Source: an uncultured Pseudomonadota bacterium
Lineage (GTDB): Bacteria; Oederibacteriota; Muellerivitia; Muellerivitales; Muellerivitaceae
Direction of reading: 5' to 3'
Length of the DNA: 64,000 bases
Assembly (NCBI GenBank): GCA_963843375.1
Contig: CAWJKT010000007.1
Coordinates: 32,001-96,000 of the forward strand
This document shows positions 43,316 to 53,204 of the stretch, in pieces; position 1 is the first letter of the stretch; each line of letters opens with the position of its first letter. The notes beneath the pieces were generated by a model. It was not told where the DNA came from, made no database searches, and saw nothing but the letters and a program-made list of their open reading frames with translations. A program made the position numbers and the translations under genes.

Positions 43316-44410
43316 TTAAACATTAAATCGGAAATGCACCACATCCCCGTCTTTCATGACGTATTCCTTGCCTTCCGTGCGTAGCTTGCCCGCTTCCCGG
43401 GCCTTGGCAGTGGAACCCGCCGAAACCAAGTCGTCGTAGGAATAAACTTCCGCCTTGATGAAACCCCTCTCGATATCCGAATGGATCTTGCCGGCCGCTT
43501 GAGGTGCGAGGGTCCCTTTGGTGATGGTCCAAGCCCGGGCTTCCATCGGCCCCGCTGTGAAATAGGAAATAAGCCCAAGAGTTTCATAGGACTTTCGGAT
43601 AATGGCGTGCAATCCTCTTTCCTTGATTCCCAGATCCGCGAGAAATTGCTGGGCTTCCTCTTCGGGTAATTCAGCCACTTCGGACTCGATCTTGGCCGAG
43701 ATGGGCAGGCACCCGGCTTGGTGGGATTCGGAGTATTTTTTAAGGGCCTGATAAAACTTGTTCTGGTTGGGATCAGCCAGGTCGTTCTCGGACACATTTC
43801 CGATGAAGAGAAAGGGTTTGCGAGTGAGCAAGCTCAACTCCTTGAGCTTTTTTTCCTGCTCCAGCGTCGCGGAAAGTGAAATGGCTGGTTTTCCCTCTTC
43901 CAATACCTTTTTCACCGCGGAAAAGAGGTCCCATTCCAGGAGGGCCTCCTTATCCCCTGCTCTTTTGCCCTTCTCGGTCCTTTGCAGGCGTTTATCCACC
44001 GTTTCCAGGTCCGCCAGGCAAAGCTCAGTCAGGATGATTTCAATGTCCCGCACAGCGTCAATGGATCCTTCCACATGCACGATATTGCCATCCTCAAAGC
44101 ACCGAACCACCATGGCGATTGCGTCCACCTCGCGAATATGGGACAAGAATTTGTTTCCAAGCCCTTCGCCCTTACTGGCGCCCTTCACCAGACCGGCGAT
44201 ATCCACGAATTCCACGATGGCCGGAACCTGTTTTTCGCTCTTCTCAATAGCCGCCAGCTTCCCGATGCGGTCATCGGGAACAGTTACCACCCCAACGTTG
44301 GGATCAATCGTGCAAAAGGGATAGTTTTCCGCGGGAGCTTTGGATTTGGTAATCGCGTTAAAGAGGGTGGACTTGCCAACATTGGGCAGACCGACAATTC
44401 CAATTTTCAA
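43316..44410 (-). CDS. ychF: Redox-regulated Obg-family ATPase YchF
   Basis: GIVGLPNVGKSTLFN, NYPFCTIDPN, DIAGLVKGAS, C-terminal TGS domain ending HFRFNV. Confidence 0.97.
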   Translation of the reverse strand: MKIGIVGLPNVGKSTLFNAITKSKAPAENYPFCTIDPNVGVVTVPDDRIGKLAAIEKSEKQVPAIVEFVDIAGLVKGASKGEGLGNKFLSHIREVDAIAMVVRCFEDGNIVHVEGSIDAVRDIEIILTELCLADLETVDKRLQRTEKGKRAGDKEALLEWDLFSAVKKVLEEGKPAISLSATLEQEKKLKELSLLTRKPFLFIGNVSENDLADPNQNKFYQALKKYSESHQAGCLPISAKIESEVAELPEEEAQQFLADLGIKERGLHAIIRKSYETLGLISYFTAGPMEARAWTITKGTLAPQAAGKIHSDIERGFIKAEVYSYDDLVSAGSTAKAREAGKLRTEGKEYVMKDGDVVHFRFNV

Positions 44411-44535
44411 TTCAAGCTCCTTTAATAAATTCACCGAAGGGAAACGGAGGCACAGTTTAAAGATTTTGAGGGAATTTAAAACCCCAAAGATGGCCTTGTG
44501 GGCCCCCTGTCACGGTACCTCGGCGATGAATGGTT

Positions 44536-45390
44536 CTATTGAATTTTCTGGATCAATACGGGCAATTGGGCGGGTTTTGGCACCATCTGGAGCACCCATG
44601 AACGGGCCGGGGGGGTGTTCAATTGCTCCGCTGAGGGCAAAAGGTCGTCATACCAAAGGATCGTCTTGTCGGCATAATTTTCCATGCGTTTAAAACGCAC
44701 GGAGTAGCCGCCGGTCGGTTTTTGACCCGTAAAAAAGACCACTAAATCGTTCTTGTTGAAATCGACGGCGGGCGGGTCCAACCCCGGTTCCAATAAGTGC
44801 CAATAGAGATTGTAATGATCCGGGTCGGAAATGATTTCGTCGTATGAAAATGCCACCGGGGCGTTAGGCCCTCCCCATTGGGGAAGCCCCGAAAGATCCA
44901 GCACCATATCCAGCGAAGGCGTACCAAAGGCATTGATCCCATGCTGGGAAAGCCACCGCTTGGTTACCTTCACCAGCGTGTTATCGCCCGCATTTTGAAT
45001 AAAGTGGGTTAAAAAAGCCAAGGCCACAAAAAGAAGAAGAATACCCAGGATCGGCTTAAAGGAAGAGGATTTTCGGGTTGGGCCTAGGGGCGGCAAGGGC
45101 GGGGCTTCTTTAACCGAACGTTGTTTCTTGGGGGCCGCTTCCACTTCTTTGGGAGCAAGGGGTTTGGGCGTTTTAAATAACCACCTTAAGATCTTTAAAT
45201 CCCAAGGTTCGGATGGCGGATTGGATGAAACCACCGGAGCCTTTACGGTTCCGCCGCGCAGGCGATCCAACTCTTTACGGGCGGAAGCGCAAAGATTTAA
45301 GTGCCGGGCGACCATGCGGCGGTCCCTCGCCGAAAGACTGTCGTTTAAATAGCCTCTCAACAATGGATGTAATTGCTCGCATTCGTTCAT
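44536..45390 (-). CDS. Membrane protein with zf-HC2 anti-sigma-like N-terminus and PrcB C-terminal-like domain
   Basis: CEQL...YLNDSLS...HLNLCASA, one TM helix, then PAVDFNKN...GQKPTGGYSV. Confidence 0.7.
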   Translation of the reverse strand: MNECEQLHPLLRGYLNDSLSARDRRMVARHLNLCASARKELDRLRGGTVKAPVVSSNPPSEPWDLKILRWLFKTPKPLAPKEVEAAPKKQRSVKEAPPLPPLGPTRKSSSFKPILGILLLFVALAFLTHFIQNAGDNTLVKVTKRWLSQHGINAFGTPSLDMVLDLSGLPQWGGPNAPVAFSYDEIISDPDHYNLYWHLLEPGLDPPAVDFNKNDLVVFFTGQKPTGGYSVRFKRMENYADKTILWYDDLLPSAEQLNTPPARSWVLQMVPKPAQLPVLIQKIQ

Positions 45391-45600
45391 TTCCAACCTC
45401 ATCGGCGTCAAGCCGTTAACGTAGCTTTTCGAAGGTCATCCTATCAAAAACCAGGCTTATCTTCACCCTCGATTCCAGTGATTTCCAGAAAACTAAACCT
45501 TTTTCCCTTCGCTTCCTTCCAACCCGCTGTCTTGACTTTTCCTACCTCGGTGAATAACGTAGGCCTGTCGACTTTTAAAAACACGATACATGGAGGAAAT

Positions 45601-46203
45601 ATGGGTGACGCAACTTGGACAGAGATATTGAATATCTTTTTCCGCTGGTTCCACGTGGTTTTCGGGATTTTATGGATTGGCCTTTTGTATTTCTTTAATT
45701 TCGTCAACGCCAACTTCGCAAAAACATTGGATGCGGACTCGAAAAAGAAGGTGGTTCCGGAACTGATGCCCCGGGCTCTTTTCTTTTTCCGCTGGGGGGC
45801 GATGCTTACCTTCCTGTTTGGCCTGGTTCTGCTCTATATCAACTATATGATGCCCGGCCACGAAGCCAGCTTTGACAGTGCCCGGGGGCATTGGATCATG
45901 CTGGGGGCGGGCTTTGGATTTATCATGTGGTTCAACGTCTGGTTTATCATTTGGCCCGGCCAGCGCAAGATCATTAACGGCGTAAAGACTGGTAGTCCGG
46001 CCGCCCCGGAAATTGTCACCCGGGCCGCCAATGCCTCGAAATTGAATGTCTACCTATCCGTCCCCATGGTATTCGCCATGCTGGCAGCTGGCGGGCATTT
46101 CATACACGATGAATGGTATTGGTTCGTGGGTGTCATCGTGATTGGTGCATTTGCCGCTGCGGGTGCTTACAAAAGGGCCGCCAAGGTTTCGACCGAAGTT
46201 TAA
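45601..46203 (+). CDS. PuuD/urate oxidase N-terminal-like membrane protein
   Basis: RWFHVVFGILWIGLLYFFNFV, FFRWGA, IMWFNVWFIIWPGQRK, NVYLSVPM; SD GGAGG. Confidence 0.82.
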   Translation: MGDATWTEILNIFFRWFHVVFGILWIGLLYFFNFVNANFAKTLDADSKKKVVPELMPRALFFFRWGAMLTFLFGLVLLYINYMMPGHEASFDSARGHWIMLGAGFGFIMWFNVWFIIWPGQRKIINGVKTGSPAAPEIVTRAANASKLNVYLSVPMVFAMLAAGGHFIHDEWYWFVGVIVIGAFAAAGAYKRAAKVSTEV

Positions 46204-46220
46204 TCCCTCTAACAACAATA

Positions 46221-46262
46221 AAACAAAAAAAGGCCCTGGATATCCAGGGCCTTTTTTTGTTT
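46221..46262. terminator. Bidirectional intrinsic terminator (perfect 42-bp palindrome)
   Basis: AAACAAAAAAAGGCCCTGGAT|ATCCAGGGCCTTTTTTTGTTT between convergent genes. Confidence 0.9.
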
Positions 46263-46277
46263 ACCACTTCTTTCGCC

Positions 46278-46832
46278 TTAGTTCGTAATGGGATGGATTC
46301 CAGATGTATTTCCAAGCAATTCGGGATTAAAGTCCACTTTGTGATCCAAAAAGTTCTTGAGGTAGGTCCGTCTGATCGTTTTGAAAAACTTTTCCAATTC
46401 CGGGTCAGCCTGGTTGGATTCCATGGCTAAGAGATTAAGAGCGATAGCAAAAGCCGTTTCCACATGTTCGTGTCGAAATTCTATGCTTTTCATCACAAAA
46501 TCGTTATAGCGCTTAATCCCCTGTTTATAAATTTCCATCGCTTTTTTATTGTCCTGGCCCTGGTAGAACTTTCCCATTAGGTAAAAAACCTCCAGATCTA
46601 GCACGTCCGAATGAACGATATTCTCGAACTGGTTGACGGCTTCCACGACGTGGAATTTGGAAGTGGAGTCCTGAAAATAACTGTTAAGGCAGTACTTGGC
46701 GAAACGCGCCCTGAGGTAATGGTCTTGGGGGTTCCGGCGAAGAGCGTCTTTGTAACGCTTAAACTCCACCAATTGAACCAATTTTTTAAGAAGATTAAGG
46801 AATGGGGAAGCGATACTCGCTAGGAAACTCAT
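46278..46832 (-). CDS. Hypothetical alpha-helical (TPR-like) protein
   Basis: YKDALRRNPQD and FYLMGKFY...KAMEIYKQGI helical-repeat pattern. Confidence 0.65.
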   Translation of the reverse strand: MSFLASIASPFLNLLKKLVQLVEFKRYKDALRRNPQDHYLRARFAKYCLNSYFQDSTSKFHVVEAVNQFENIVHSDVLDLEVFYLMGKFYQGQDNKKAMEIYKQGIKRYNDFVMKSIEFRHEHVETAFAIALNLLAMESNQADPELEKFFKTIRRTYLKNFLDHKVDFNPELLGNTSGIHPITN

Positions 46833-46995
46833 AGTGATAAAAGTTTATCACCGGTCTTAAAAGCTTGTCAAAGTTAAAGGCGGAAAATTGTAAAAATAGA
46901 CCCTTTTTGTTAGCAACCTTTTCGACCGGTTTTGGCGGCATCATTATTTTTAGAATGGGAAGAAAGTAACCAATGGAAAAGATCCTTATAAATTC

Positions 46996-47454
46996 TCATC
47001 CGTCGGGGGAGTTCTCTTTGCCCTGAAGGGATTTCAACAAATCGACTTGCTGGGGAGTCAGAATTTTTTTCTCTAGTTCTAATTTTGCCTTTACCTTGAC
47101 GCCTAATCTCTTGCCTTGCAATTCCCCAATGTTCTGGACAATCAAATCCAATTTATCCTGGTCCGGATCGGATTTTTCAAGTTCATTTTCCAAGTCCACT
47201 TCTTTAACTTTCAATTGGCCGTCCAATACCGCGATAGCCTTTCGGTAAGCGGCTCGGTGCTGCTGGAGTAATTTATGCTGTTCATCCGTCAGTTGGAGGC
47301 GCTTAATGATTTCGCGGCGGGTAAGGTGACCGGATTGAGTTTCGGTTGGTTTGGCTTTGAGCCCGCTGTCGGAAGCTGGCTGCGAATAGGAAATCCCGAC
47401 CGACGATAGCAGAAACAGACCGGCTATCGCCTGAATCAAATACTTGCTATTCAT
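46996..47454 (-). CDS. Spy/CpxP family periplasmic protein
   Basis: Signal peptide; LQLTDEQ and ILTPQQ (LTxxQ) motifs. Confidence 0.85.
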   Translation of the reverse strand: MNSKYLIQAIAGLFLLSSVGISYSQPASDSGLKAKPTETQSGHLTRREIIKRLQLTDEQHKLLQQHRAAYRKAIAVLDGQLKVKEVDLENELEKSDPDQDKLDLIVQNIGELQGKRLGVKVKAKLELEKKILTPQQVDLLKSLQGKENSPDG

Positions 47455-47510
47455 AGTTCCTCCGAGCCTGTTTTAAAAGGATGCTAAAGAATATTTTTTT
47501 GACCGCCCCA

Positions 47511-47936
47511 TTAAAGGAGGATTTCATCCCCAGCCAGAACATCCGAATGATCGTCGTCATTTGTCAAAAGGTCGGCAGTTGAAGTCGATGGTTCGCTCAG
47601 AAGAACCGATACATTGACCAGTCCCAAATCGCGGGTCACATTAGTCCCAGCTTCTGAAATAGACATCAGGTAAGACGCCATGTCATTCTTGTCATTGGTA
47701 TCGATATGGTAAAAGGCGCCGGTAAAGCCAATACAAAGGCATGCCGCCATGGCAACCCATCTAACTGGATGCCCCCAGGGCCTCCAAATGATATGATTCC
47801 AAAAATGCTTTTTGGGAGCCGCTAAGCGGTCCTCGATCTTAAACCACACCCGGTCAAATATGATTTCTTCCGGTGCGCCTTCGGCCATTTTTTTCAGGGC
47901 CTTTGAAATGTCTTCGTCTTTCCAATTATGTTTCAT
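47511..47936 (-). CDS. Putative single-TM anti-sigma factor
   Basis: One TM helix; located between the ECF sigma and Spy/CpxP genes. Confidence 0.65.
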   Translation of the reverse strand: MKHNWKDEDISKALKKMAEGAPEEIIFDRVWFKIEDRLAAPKKHFWNHIIWRPWGHPVRWVAMAACLCIGFTGAFYHIDTNDKNDMASYLMSISEAGTNVTRDLGLVNVSVLLSEPSTSTADLLTNDDDHSDVLAGDEILL

Positions 47937-47953
47937 CGTATCCTCGAACTTCC

Positions 47954-48502
47954 CTATACATCTTCGTGCGTAAGACCCTCTTTTTCCAGCGTTTCTTTCA
48001 AAAATGCCTTGGCCCGGTGAATATTGGACTTCACCGACCCCAGGGAAAGATTGAGGCCTAACGCAATATCCTCGTAACTTAACTCATCCATCTCCCTCAT
48101 CAAAAGGCACGCCTTTTGTTTTTCCGGGAGTTTTTCCAGCGCTTTGGCGACTACTGGGCTTAATCCCAGATTGACCGCTTTTTCGCTGTCTTTCTTCTCC
48201 TGCGCTTCCGGGGCATTCTCAAATCCCAGAAAGGTTAAAATTTTCCGCCGCCTCAAAAGATCAAGGCAGTAGTTAGTCGTCATGCGATAAAGCCACGTGC
48301 TAAAAGCCGAATCACCCCGGTAATTTTTGATGCGGTCAAAAACCTTGAGGAATACTTCCTGCAAGGCGTCTTCCCCGTCGTTCGGTGAACCCAACATGCG
48401 CCAAGATAGGTTGTAAACCTTTTTCCGGTGCATTTCATACAGAACATGTAAACCGGCAATATCCCCATTTTGGCAACGTTGAATGGCTTCAAGTTCTGTC
48501 AT
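47954..48502 (-). CDS. ECF RNA polymerase sigma factor
   Basis: DGEDALQEVF, FSTWLYRMTTN (region 2); LSYEDIA...GSVKSNIHRAK (region 4). Confidence 0.95.
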   Translation of the reverse strand: MTELEAIQRCQNGDIAGLHVLYEMHRKKVYNLSWRMLGSPNDGEDALQEVFLKVFDRIKNYRGDSAFSTWLYRMTTNYCLDLLRRRKILTFLGFENAPEAQEKKDSEKAVNLGLSPVVAKALEKLPEKQKACLLMREMDELSYEDIALGLNLSLGSVKSNIHRAKAFLKETLEKEGLTHEDV

Positions 48503-48525
48503 ACGCCACCTGGCTTACCTATTTT

Positions 48526-48555
48526 TATGACGATTCACCACAAGGAATAGTTGCA
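48526..48555 (-). promoter_or_regulatory. Putative autoregulatory ECF promoter
   Basis: Minus strand TGCAAC-17 nt-CGTCATA, 24 nt before the sigma ATG. Confidence 0.6.
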
Positions 48556-48668
48556 GGGATGCAGAGGAAAACACAATTATTGGGGGTAAGGGTACATAAG
48601 ACAAATATGTCGGAACAAATAGAGAGAGAACCCTTCTAACGTTTTCAGGGACTTTTCCCGGCTAGATT

Positions 48669-50147
48669 TCACGAATTATCCAGGAAAGTTAGCAGACTTC
48701 TAACCATCAAACCAGTTCCACCATAAGAAAGGTAAGGAACCGCCGGATATTCTCTTTCAAGATAGGCCGGCCCGGCGATATCCAGATGGACCCAAGGGGT
48801 GTCACCCACAAATTCCTGTAGAAACAATCCACCGATGATACTGCCCGCTTCCCTGCCACCGCCTATATTCTTTATATCGGCAACTTTGCTCTTAATATCA
48901 TCCCGATATTCATTTACCAGCGGCAGTTCCCAAATCCGCTCTCCCTCAGCTTCGGTAGCTTCTTTTACCTGTCCCAAGAGCTTTTCATCATTACCCATGG
49001 CCCCTGAAACCAAGGATCCCAAGGCAACCACACAGGCTCCGGTTAGTGTTGCCATATCAATGATTTGATCCACCTTTTGTTGAACTGCGTATGATAGGGC
49101 ATCGGAAAGAACAAGCCTTCCCTCCGCATCCGTGTTAAGGACTTCCATAGTCTTTCCATTTATTGCTTTTAGCACATCCCCTGGTTTATAGGCTCTTCCA
49201 CCCGGCATGTTTTCAGTGGTGGCGATGATTCCGTGCACTTCGACCTTTGGTTTGGACTTCACCAACTGGCTGAAAACACCCAATACCGCCGCCGCTCCCG
49301 ACATGTCCATTTTCATGGTTTCCATGGAACCAGCCGGTTTTAAGGACAATCCGCCGGAATCAAAGGTGATGCCCTTCCCGACAATGGCCACCGACTTTTT
49401 GGGCTTACCAAGAGGTTTATAATGAAGATGAATTAGAAAAGGTTCTTGGGCGCTCCCAACATTGACGCCCAAAATGCCGCCTGCGCCCATTCGCTTGAGA
49501 TCTTTTTTGGTATAGAGCTTCAATTTGATGGGACCTTTTGCGATTTTTCGGGCAGCGTCCGCCAGAACCTTAGGCGTGACATCGCTGGGGGCACCGTTGA
49601 TCAAATCCCGGGCCAAAACAGTTCCCTCGGAATAACTTTCTGCCGATTTAAGGGCGATCTTAACGATACTTAAAACATCGGAAGGTACTTTAAATATAAA
49701 TTTTTGGACTCCCTTGGGAGCGTCCTTCAATTGGGTCTTATAACGGGTAAATTGGTAGGAACCCAGCAGCAGCCCCACCGTAAAAGCCTTAATAAACTCA
49801 TCATTTAAAGACCGGGGCCATTCGATGGCGGCTTCTTCAACACGGATTTCTCGCGCTTTTCGTCCAAGTCTGCCTCCAGCCCTCCGCATGGTTTCCGCCG
49901 TCACCTCTTGTTTACTTCCCAACCCCAGGGCAATCACTTTTCCAGCCAAGAGGCCTTCCGTAGGATGGGCGATAGCCGCTTGTCCTTCTTTCCCCGTGAA
50001 ACCTTCTTCCGTCATTGTTTTGCGAATAGCCGCGCCCCACGTTCCCGGAGCGTTTAAAAAACCAGCTTCTTTCTCATAGGCTAAAAGCACCCAGACTTTA
50101 GGTAGATGGGTTCGAACGGAATTCAAAACAGCGGACAATTGGATCAC
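48669..50147 (-). CDS. pepA: Leucyl aminopeptidase (M17)
   Basis: GKGITFDSGG, MKMDMSGAA, NTDAEGRL, ATLTGA, WVHLDIAG. Confidence 0.95.
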   Translation of the reverse strand: MIQLSAVLNSVRTHLPKVWVLLAYEKEAGFLNAPGTWGAAIRKTMTEEGFTGKEGQAAIAHPTEGLLAGKVIALGLGSKQEVTAETMRRAGGRLGRKAREIRVEEAAIEWPRSLNDEFIKAFTVGLLLGSYQFTRYKTQLKDAPKGVQKFIFKVPSDVLSIVKIALKSAESYSEGTVLARDLINGAPSDVTPKVLADAARKIAKGPIKLKLYTKKDLKRMGAGGILGVNVGSAQEPFLIHLHYKPLGKPKKSVAIVGKGITFDSGGLSLKPAGSMETMKMDMSGAAAVLGVFSQLVKSKPKVEVHGIIATTENMPGGRAYKPGDVLKAINGKTMEVLNTDAEGRLVLSDALSYAVQQKVDQIIDMATLTGACVVALGSLVSGAMGNDEKLLGQVKEATEAEGERIWELPLVNEYRDDIKSKVADIKNIGGGREAGSIIGGLFLQEFVGDTPWVHLDIAGPAYLEREYPAVPYLSYGGTGLMVRSLLTFLDNS

Positions 50148-50238
50148 AAAATCCTCCAGAACTTGATGAAGAGTACAAACCAACGCTTATTTTATCCAAG
50201 GAAAGGGAAAAGATACAAGGAAACGCTTTGACAACTGG

Positions 50239-50910
50239 CTAACCGGCCAATTGATCATAAAGCTTTTGCTGGCGAAGCCTTTTCTTAATCAAACTGAGAG
50301 CCATTTCCAATTTCTCTTTATTTCCCGGAAGATAAGGCCAGGGACTTGCCCCGGAGGGATGGGGAATGGGTATAACCCAGGCGTCTCCTCCGGGCAAGAA
50401 TCGTTTGAATTCTTGTCCAATAATCTCGGAAAATTTGTGGGGCCCTAAGATACGCTCAATGGCCATTCCGCCGATTAAAACCACAACGGTGGGGCTTAAC
50501 AGGCGTAATGACTCATCCAGGTAGGGGGCGCAATTGGCGATTTCTTCAGGATTTGGCTTACGGTCCCCTTTTCCATGAGAAGCTTTACCCGGGTAGCAGC
50601 GGGTTACTGCGGTAATGTAGGCGTACTTCCGGATATTTTCCTCAGGGATTCCCAACGTCATAAACCACTGGAAAAGCCGTTTGCCCGCAGTCCATGCGAA
50701 ATTTTTTTGGGCCGCAGGTTCCCGGATACCCGGGGCCTGACCGATTAAAAACAATCCGCCTTTTTTCGCTTGTCCCGTTCCTGGAACAGGACAGTTGCCC
50801 CCCCTTGGAAAGCACTTGGAACAATTACGTATGGTTTGATGGAGTTGATTAAGGTTTTTCTCAAGCGATAAACTGGAGTTACTTGGAACCCCCGTTGTCG
50901 CCGCCGTCAT
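50239..50910 (-). CDS. Uracil-DNA glycosylase superfamily protein; start uncertain
   Basis: CSKC, IGQAPG, YITAVTRCYPGK, HPSGAS. Confidence 0.85.
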   Translation of the reverse strand: MTAATTGVPSNSSLSLEKNLNQLHQTIRNCSKCFPRGGNCPVPGTGQAKKGGLFLIGQAPGIREPAAQKNFAWTAGKRLFQWFMTLGIPEENIRKYAYITAVTRCYPGKASHGKGDRKPNPEEIANCAPYLDESLRLLSPTVVVLIGGMAIERILGPHKFSEIIGQEFKRFLPGGDAWVIPIPHPSGASPWPYLPGNKEKLEMALSLIKKRLRQQKLYDQLAG

Positions 50911-51988
50911 CTTTGTTTTTGTCGTCCTTGGCATCTCCAGCCTTATCGCTATCCGAGGTAGTATCGTCTTTCGTGGAATCGTCCTTAACCGTATAAGCCT
51001 TAGAAGCGTCAGGGTCAACTTCTTTCAGTTCGTCCAATGCCATTTCCATATTTTCATGGTGGTAAGATGCATCAATGGAATTCATTTTGTAAAACGAATC
51101 CACCGACTTCTTCAATTCATCTCCCTTTCCCTTGCCCGAATCATAGACTGACCAATAGCTTAAACCCAGGCTGTTAAGGAAAACTTTCAATTCCTTGTCG
51201 CTGGGTTTATAACTCACCGCTTTTTCAAATTCAGCGACAGCTTCACCTGGATGATGGGAATCCAAAAGTAGTTTACCTTGACGATTGGCGGCCGACCCTT
51301 TTGCGTCGGGTGAAATGGCAATTGCTTCAGCCTGCTTAAAGGCTTTCATGGCTTCGTCAAATTTGCCGTCGGATTGAAGTTTGTCTCCGTAAGAACAGAG
51401 TTCCTTAAACTTCATCTCGGAAATATCCCGCGGAGGTTCGGGAGTAACCTGGGCATAGCCCTCTTCACGGCTCAAGTCCCCATTTGCCCGGTCTAAAAGT
51501 TCCTGGTCATCGCCACTGGCTTGGAGATTTTTGATCGAATCTTTCAGAGCCGACACATCGGATAAACCATATTCATACATACGGTAGGAAACAACCCCAA
51601 GATTCTTAAGCGCTACTTTATTATCCCCGTTTTCTTCAACGGCACGGCTAAAAGCCTTTTGAGCATCTTCCAACTTTTTGGCTTTCCAATAGGCCCAACC
51701 CTGGGCATTGGCGGCTTGGCTCTTCCCTTTGTCGCTGGAGGCTAGATTTTCCGCTGCCCCATAGTCGGAGACGGCCTCACTCAGTTTACGATCTTTTAAA
51801 GCCTGATTCCCGGCCGCATAGGCCTCTTTGAATGATTTGAAATCCATAGAAACCCCCGAATCCGTGGAAGAAGGGGTGGTCGAATTTGAATCTAAAGAGG
51901 GGCTTGTCGTTGGAGTTATTTCTTGAGCCGAAGCGAAAACCGGCAAACTGATAACAGCCAAGAAAAAAACGAATGCGTATTTATTCAT
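50879..51988 (-). CDS. Secreted TPR protein with acidic C-terminal tail
   Basis: Signal peptide; two similar TPR blocks (AANAQGWA / AANRQGKL); D/K-rich tail. Confidence 0.82.
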   Translation of the reverse strand: MNKYAFVFFLAVISLPVFASAQEITPTTSPSLDSNSTTPSSTDSGVSMDFKSFKEAYAAGNQALKDRKLSEAVSDYGAAENLASSDKGKSQAANAQGWAYWKAKKLEDAQKAFSRAVEENGDNKVALKNLGVVSYRMYEYGLSDVSALKDSIKNLQASGDDQELLDRANGDLSREEGYAQVTPEPPRDISEMKFKELCSYGDKLQSDGKFDEAMKAFKQAEAIAISPDAKGSAANRQGKLLLDSHHPGEAVAEFEKAVSYKPSDKELKVFLNSLGLSYWSVYDSGKGKGDELKKSVDSFYKMNSIDASYHHENMEMALDELKEVDPDASKAYTVKDDSTKDDTTSDSDKAGDAKDDKNKDDGGDNGGSK

Positions 51989-52169
51989 GCTTGCCCCCTT
52001 GGGAAAGGATCCTAATCATGCAGATATTTTACTTCGCCGATGAGATGTCGCCTAACAAATCTCAACAAATCTTCTTTATGCTCCCAGCGAGAAATTTCCT
52101 TTGTTTTATTCGATAAAATGTATTATTTTCTGTCCCAACTTCTGATTTACCGCCAAAAAAGGAAGGTCG

Positions 52170-53204
52170 ATGTTAAACAAGAAATTAATGTGGTTTGGCT
52201 TGGGTGTAATGGCGGTGATGTTCTTCCTGCTATTGAGAAATATCGATTGGCGGGATCTTTGGTTGGCTTTCGCCCAATTTCATATTGTCTGGATCCTTCC
52301 CGCCCTCTTGGTTTACTTGTTGGGTTACATTATCCGCGGATACCGCTGGAAAATTTTACTTTCCCCCGTTAAAAAATGCAGTTTTCAAAGTCTCTTTCCC
52401 ACTTTGATGATCGGATTCATGGCTAATAATCTTTTGCCGGCCAGAGCCGGGGAATTTGTCAGGGCTTATTTGAATGGAACCAAAGAAAATATCAGCCGAA
52501 GCGCTTCCCTCGCCACCATCGTTTTGGAACGAATCTTTGATGGTCTGACCATGATGATCATCCTGTGGGCGGCCTTGTCTTTCGGCAACCTTCCCATTCG
52601 GGAAGAAAGCATGCCATCTGGAATCCAACATGCGATTCAAGCCTGCCCTTATGTTTTCGGGGCCGCTTTTTTATTTATATTCCTTCTTCTTTTGTTCAAA
52701 AAAGTTGCCGTTCGTATTATCAATTTTTTCACAGACCACGCTCCTTCCAAATTAAGGACACCCTTGAACAAAATCGCTCATACTTTTTTTGACGGGCTCA
52801 AAATTCTTCAAAACGCCAAAGAATCCTTTCTGGTGCTCGCCACTTCAATCGCGGCTTGGACTTGTGAGTTTTCAAGTTATTATCTTTTGGGTATCGGCAT
52901 GGGTATCGCGCCTAGTCCCATTTCTTTTTTATCCGCGGCTTTACTGATGGCGATTGTTAATCTGGCGATTCTTATACCGAACGCCCCCGGGGGGTTCGGC
53001 TTGTTTGAATTCGTTGGGGTGGCTTTACTTGTTCCTTTTGGAATAGCCAAGGAATTGGCTCTGGGATACATGCTTGTGGTACATTTCGTTGTTTGGATTC
53101 CTATAAACTTATTTGGCCTTTATTTCATGAGCCGGGAACATTTAAGCCTTGGAAAACTGGAAAAAAGCCGTGAAACAGGCTCGCCGAAGGGAAAAGAATC
53201 ATGA
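52170..53204 (+). CDS. Lysylphosphatidylglycerol synthase TM-domain (UPF0104, flippase-like) protein
   Basis: RGYRWKILL, NNLLPARAGEFVR, ERIFDG, PNAPGGFGLFE. Confidence 0.88.
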   Translation: MLNKKLMWFGLGVMAVMFFLLLRNIDWRDLWLAFAQFHIVWILPALLVYLLGYIIRGYRWKILLSPVKKCSFQSLFPTLMIGFMANNLLPARAGEFVRAYLNGTKENISRSASLATIVLERIFDGLTMMIILWAALSFGNLPIREESMPSGIQHAIQACPYVFGAAFLFIFLLLLFKKVAVRIINFFTDHAPSKLRTPLNKIAHTFFDGLKILQNAKESFLVLATSIAAWTCEFSSYYLLGIGMGIAPSPISFLSAALLMAIVNLAILIPNAPGGFGLFEFVGVALLVPFGIAKELALGYMLVVHFVVWIPINLFGLYFMSREHLSLGKLEKSRETGSPKGKES

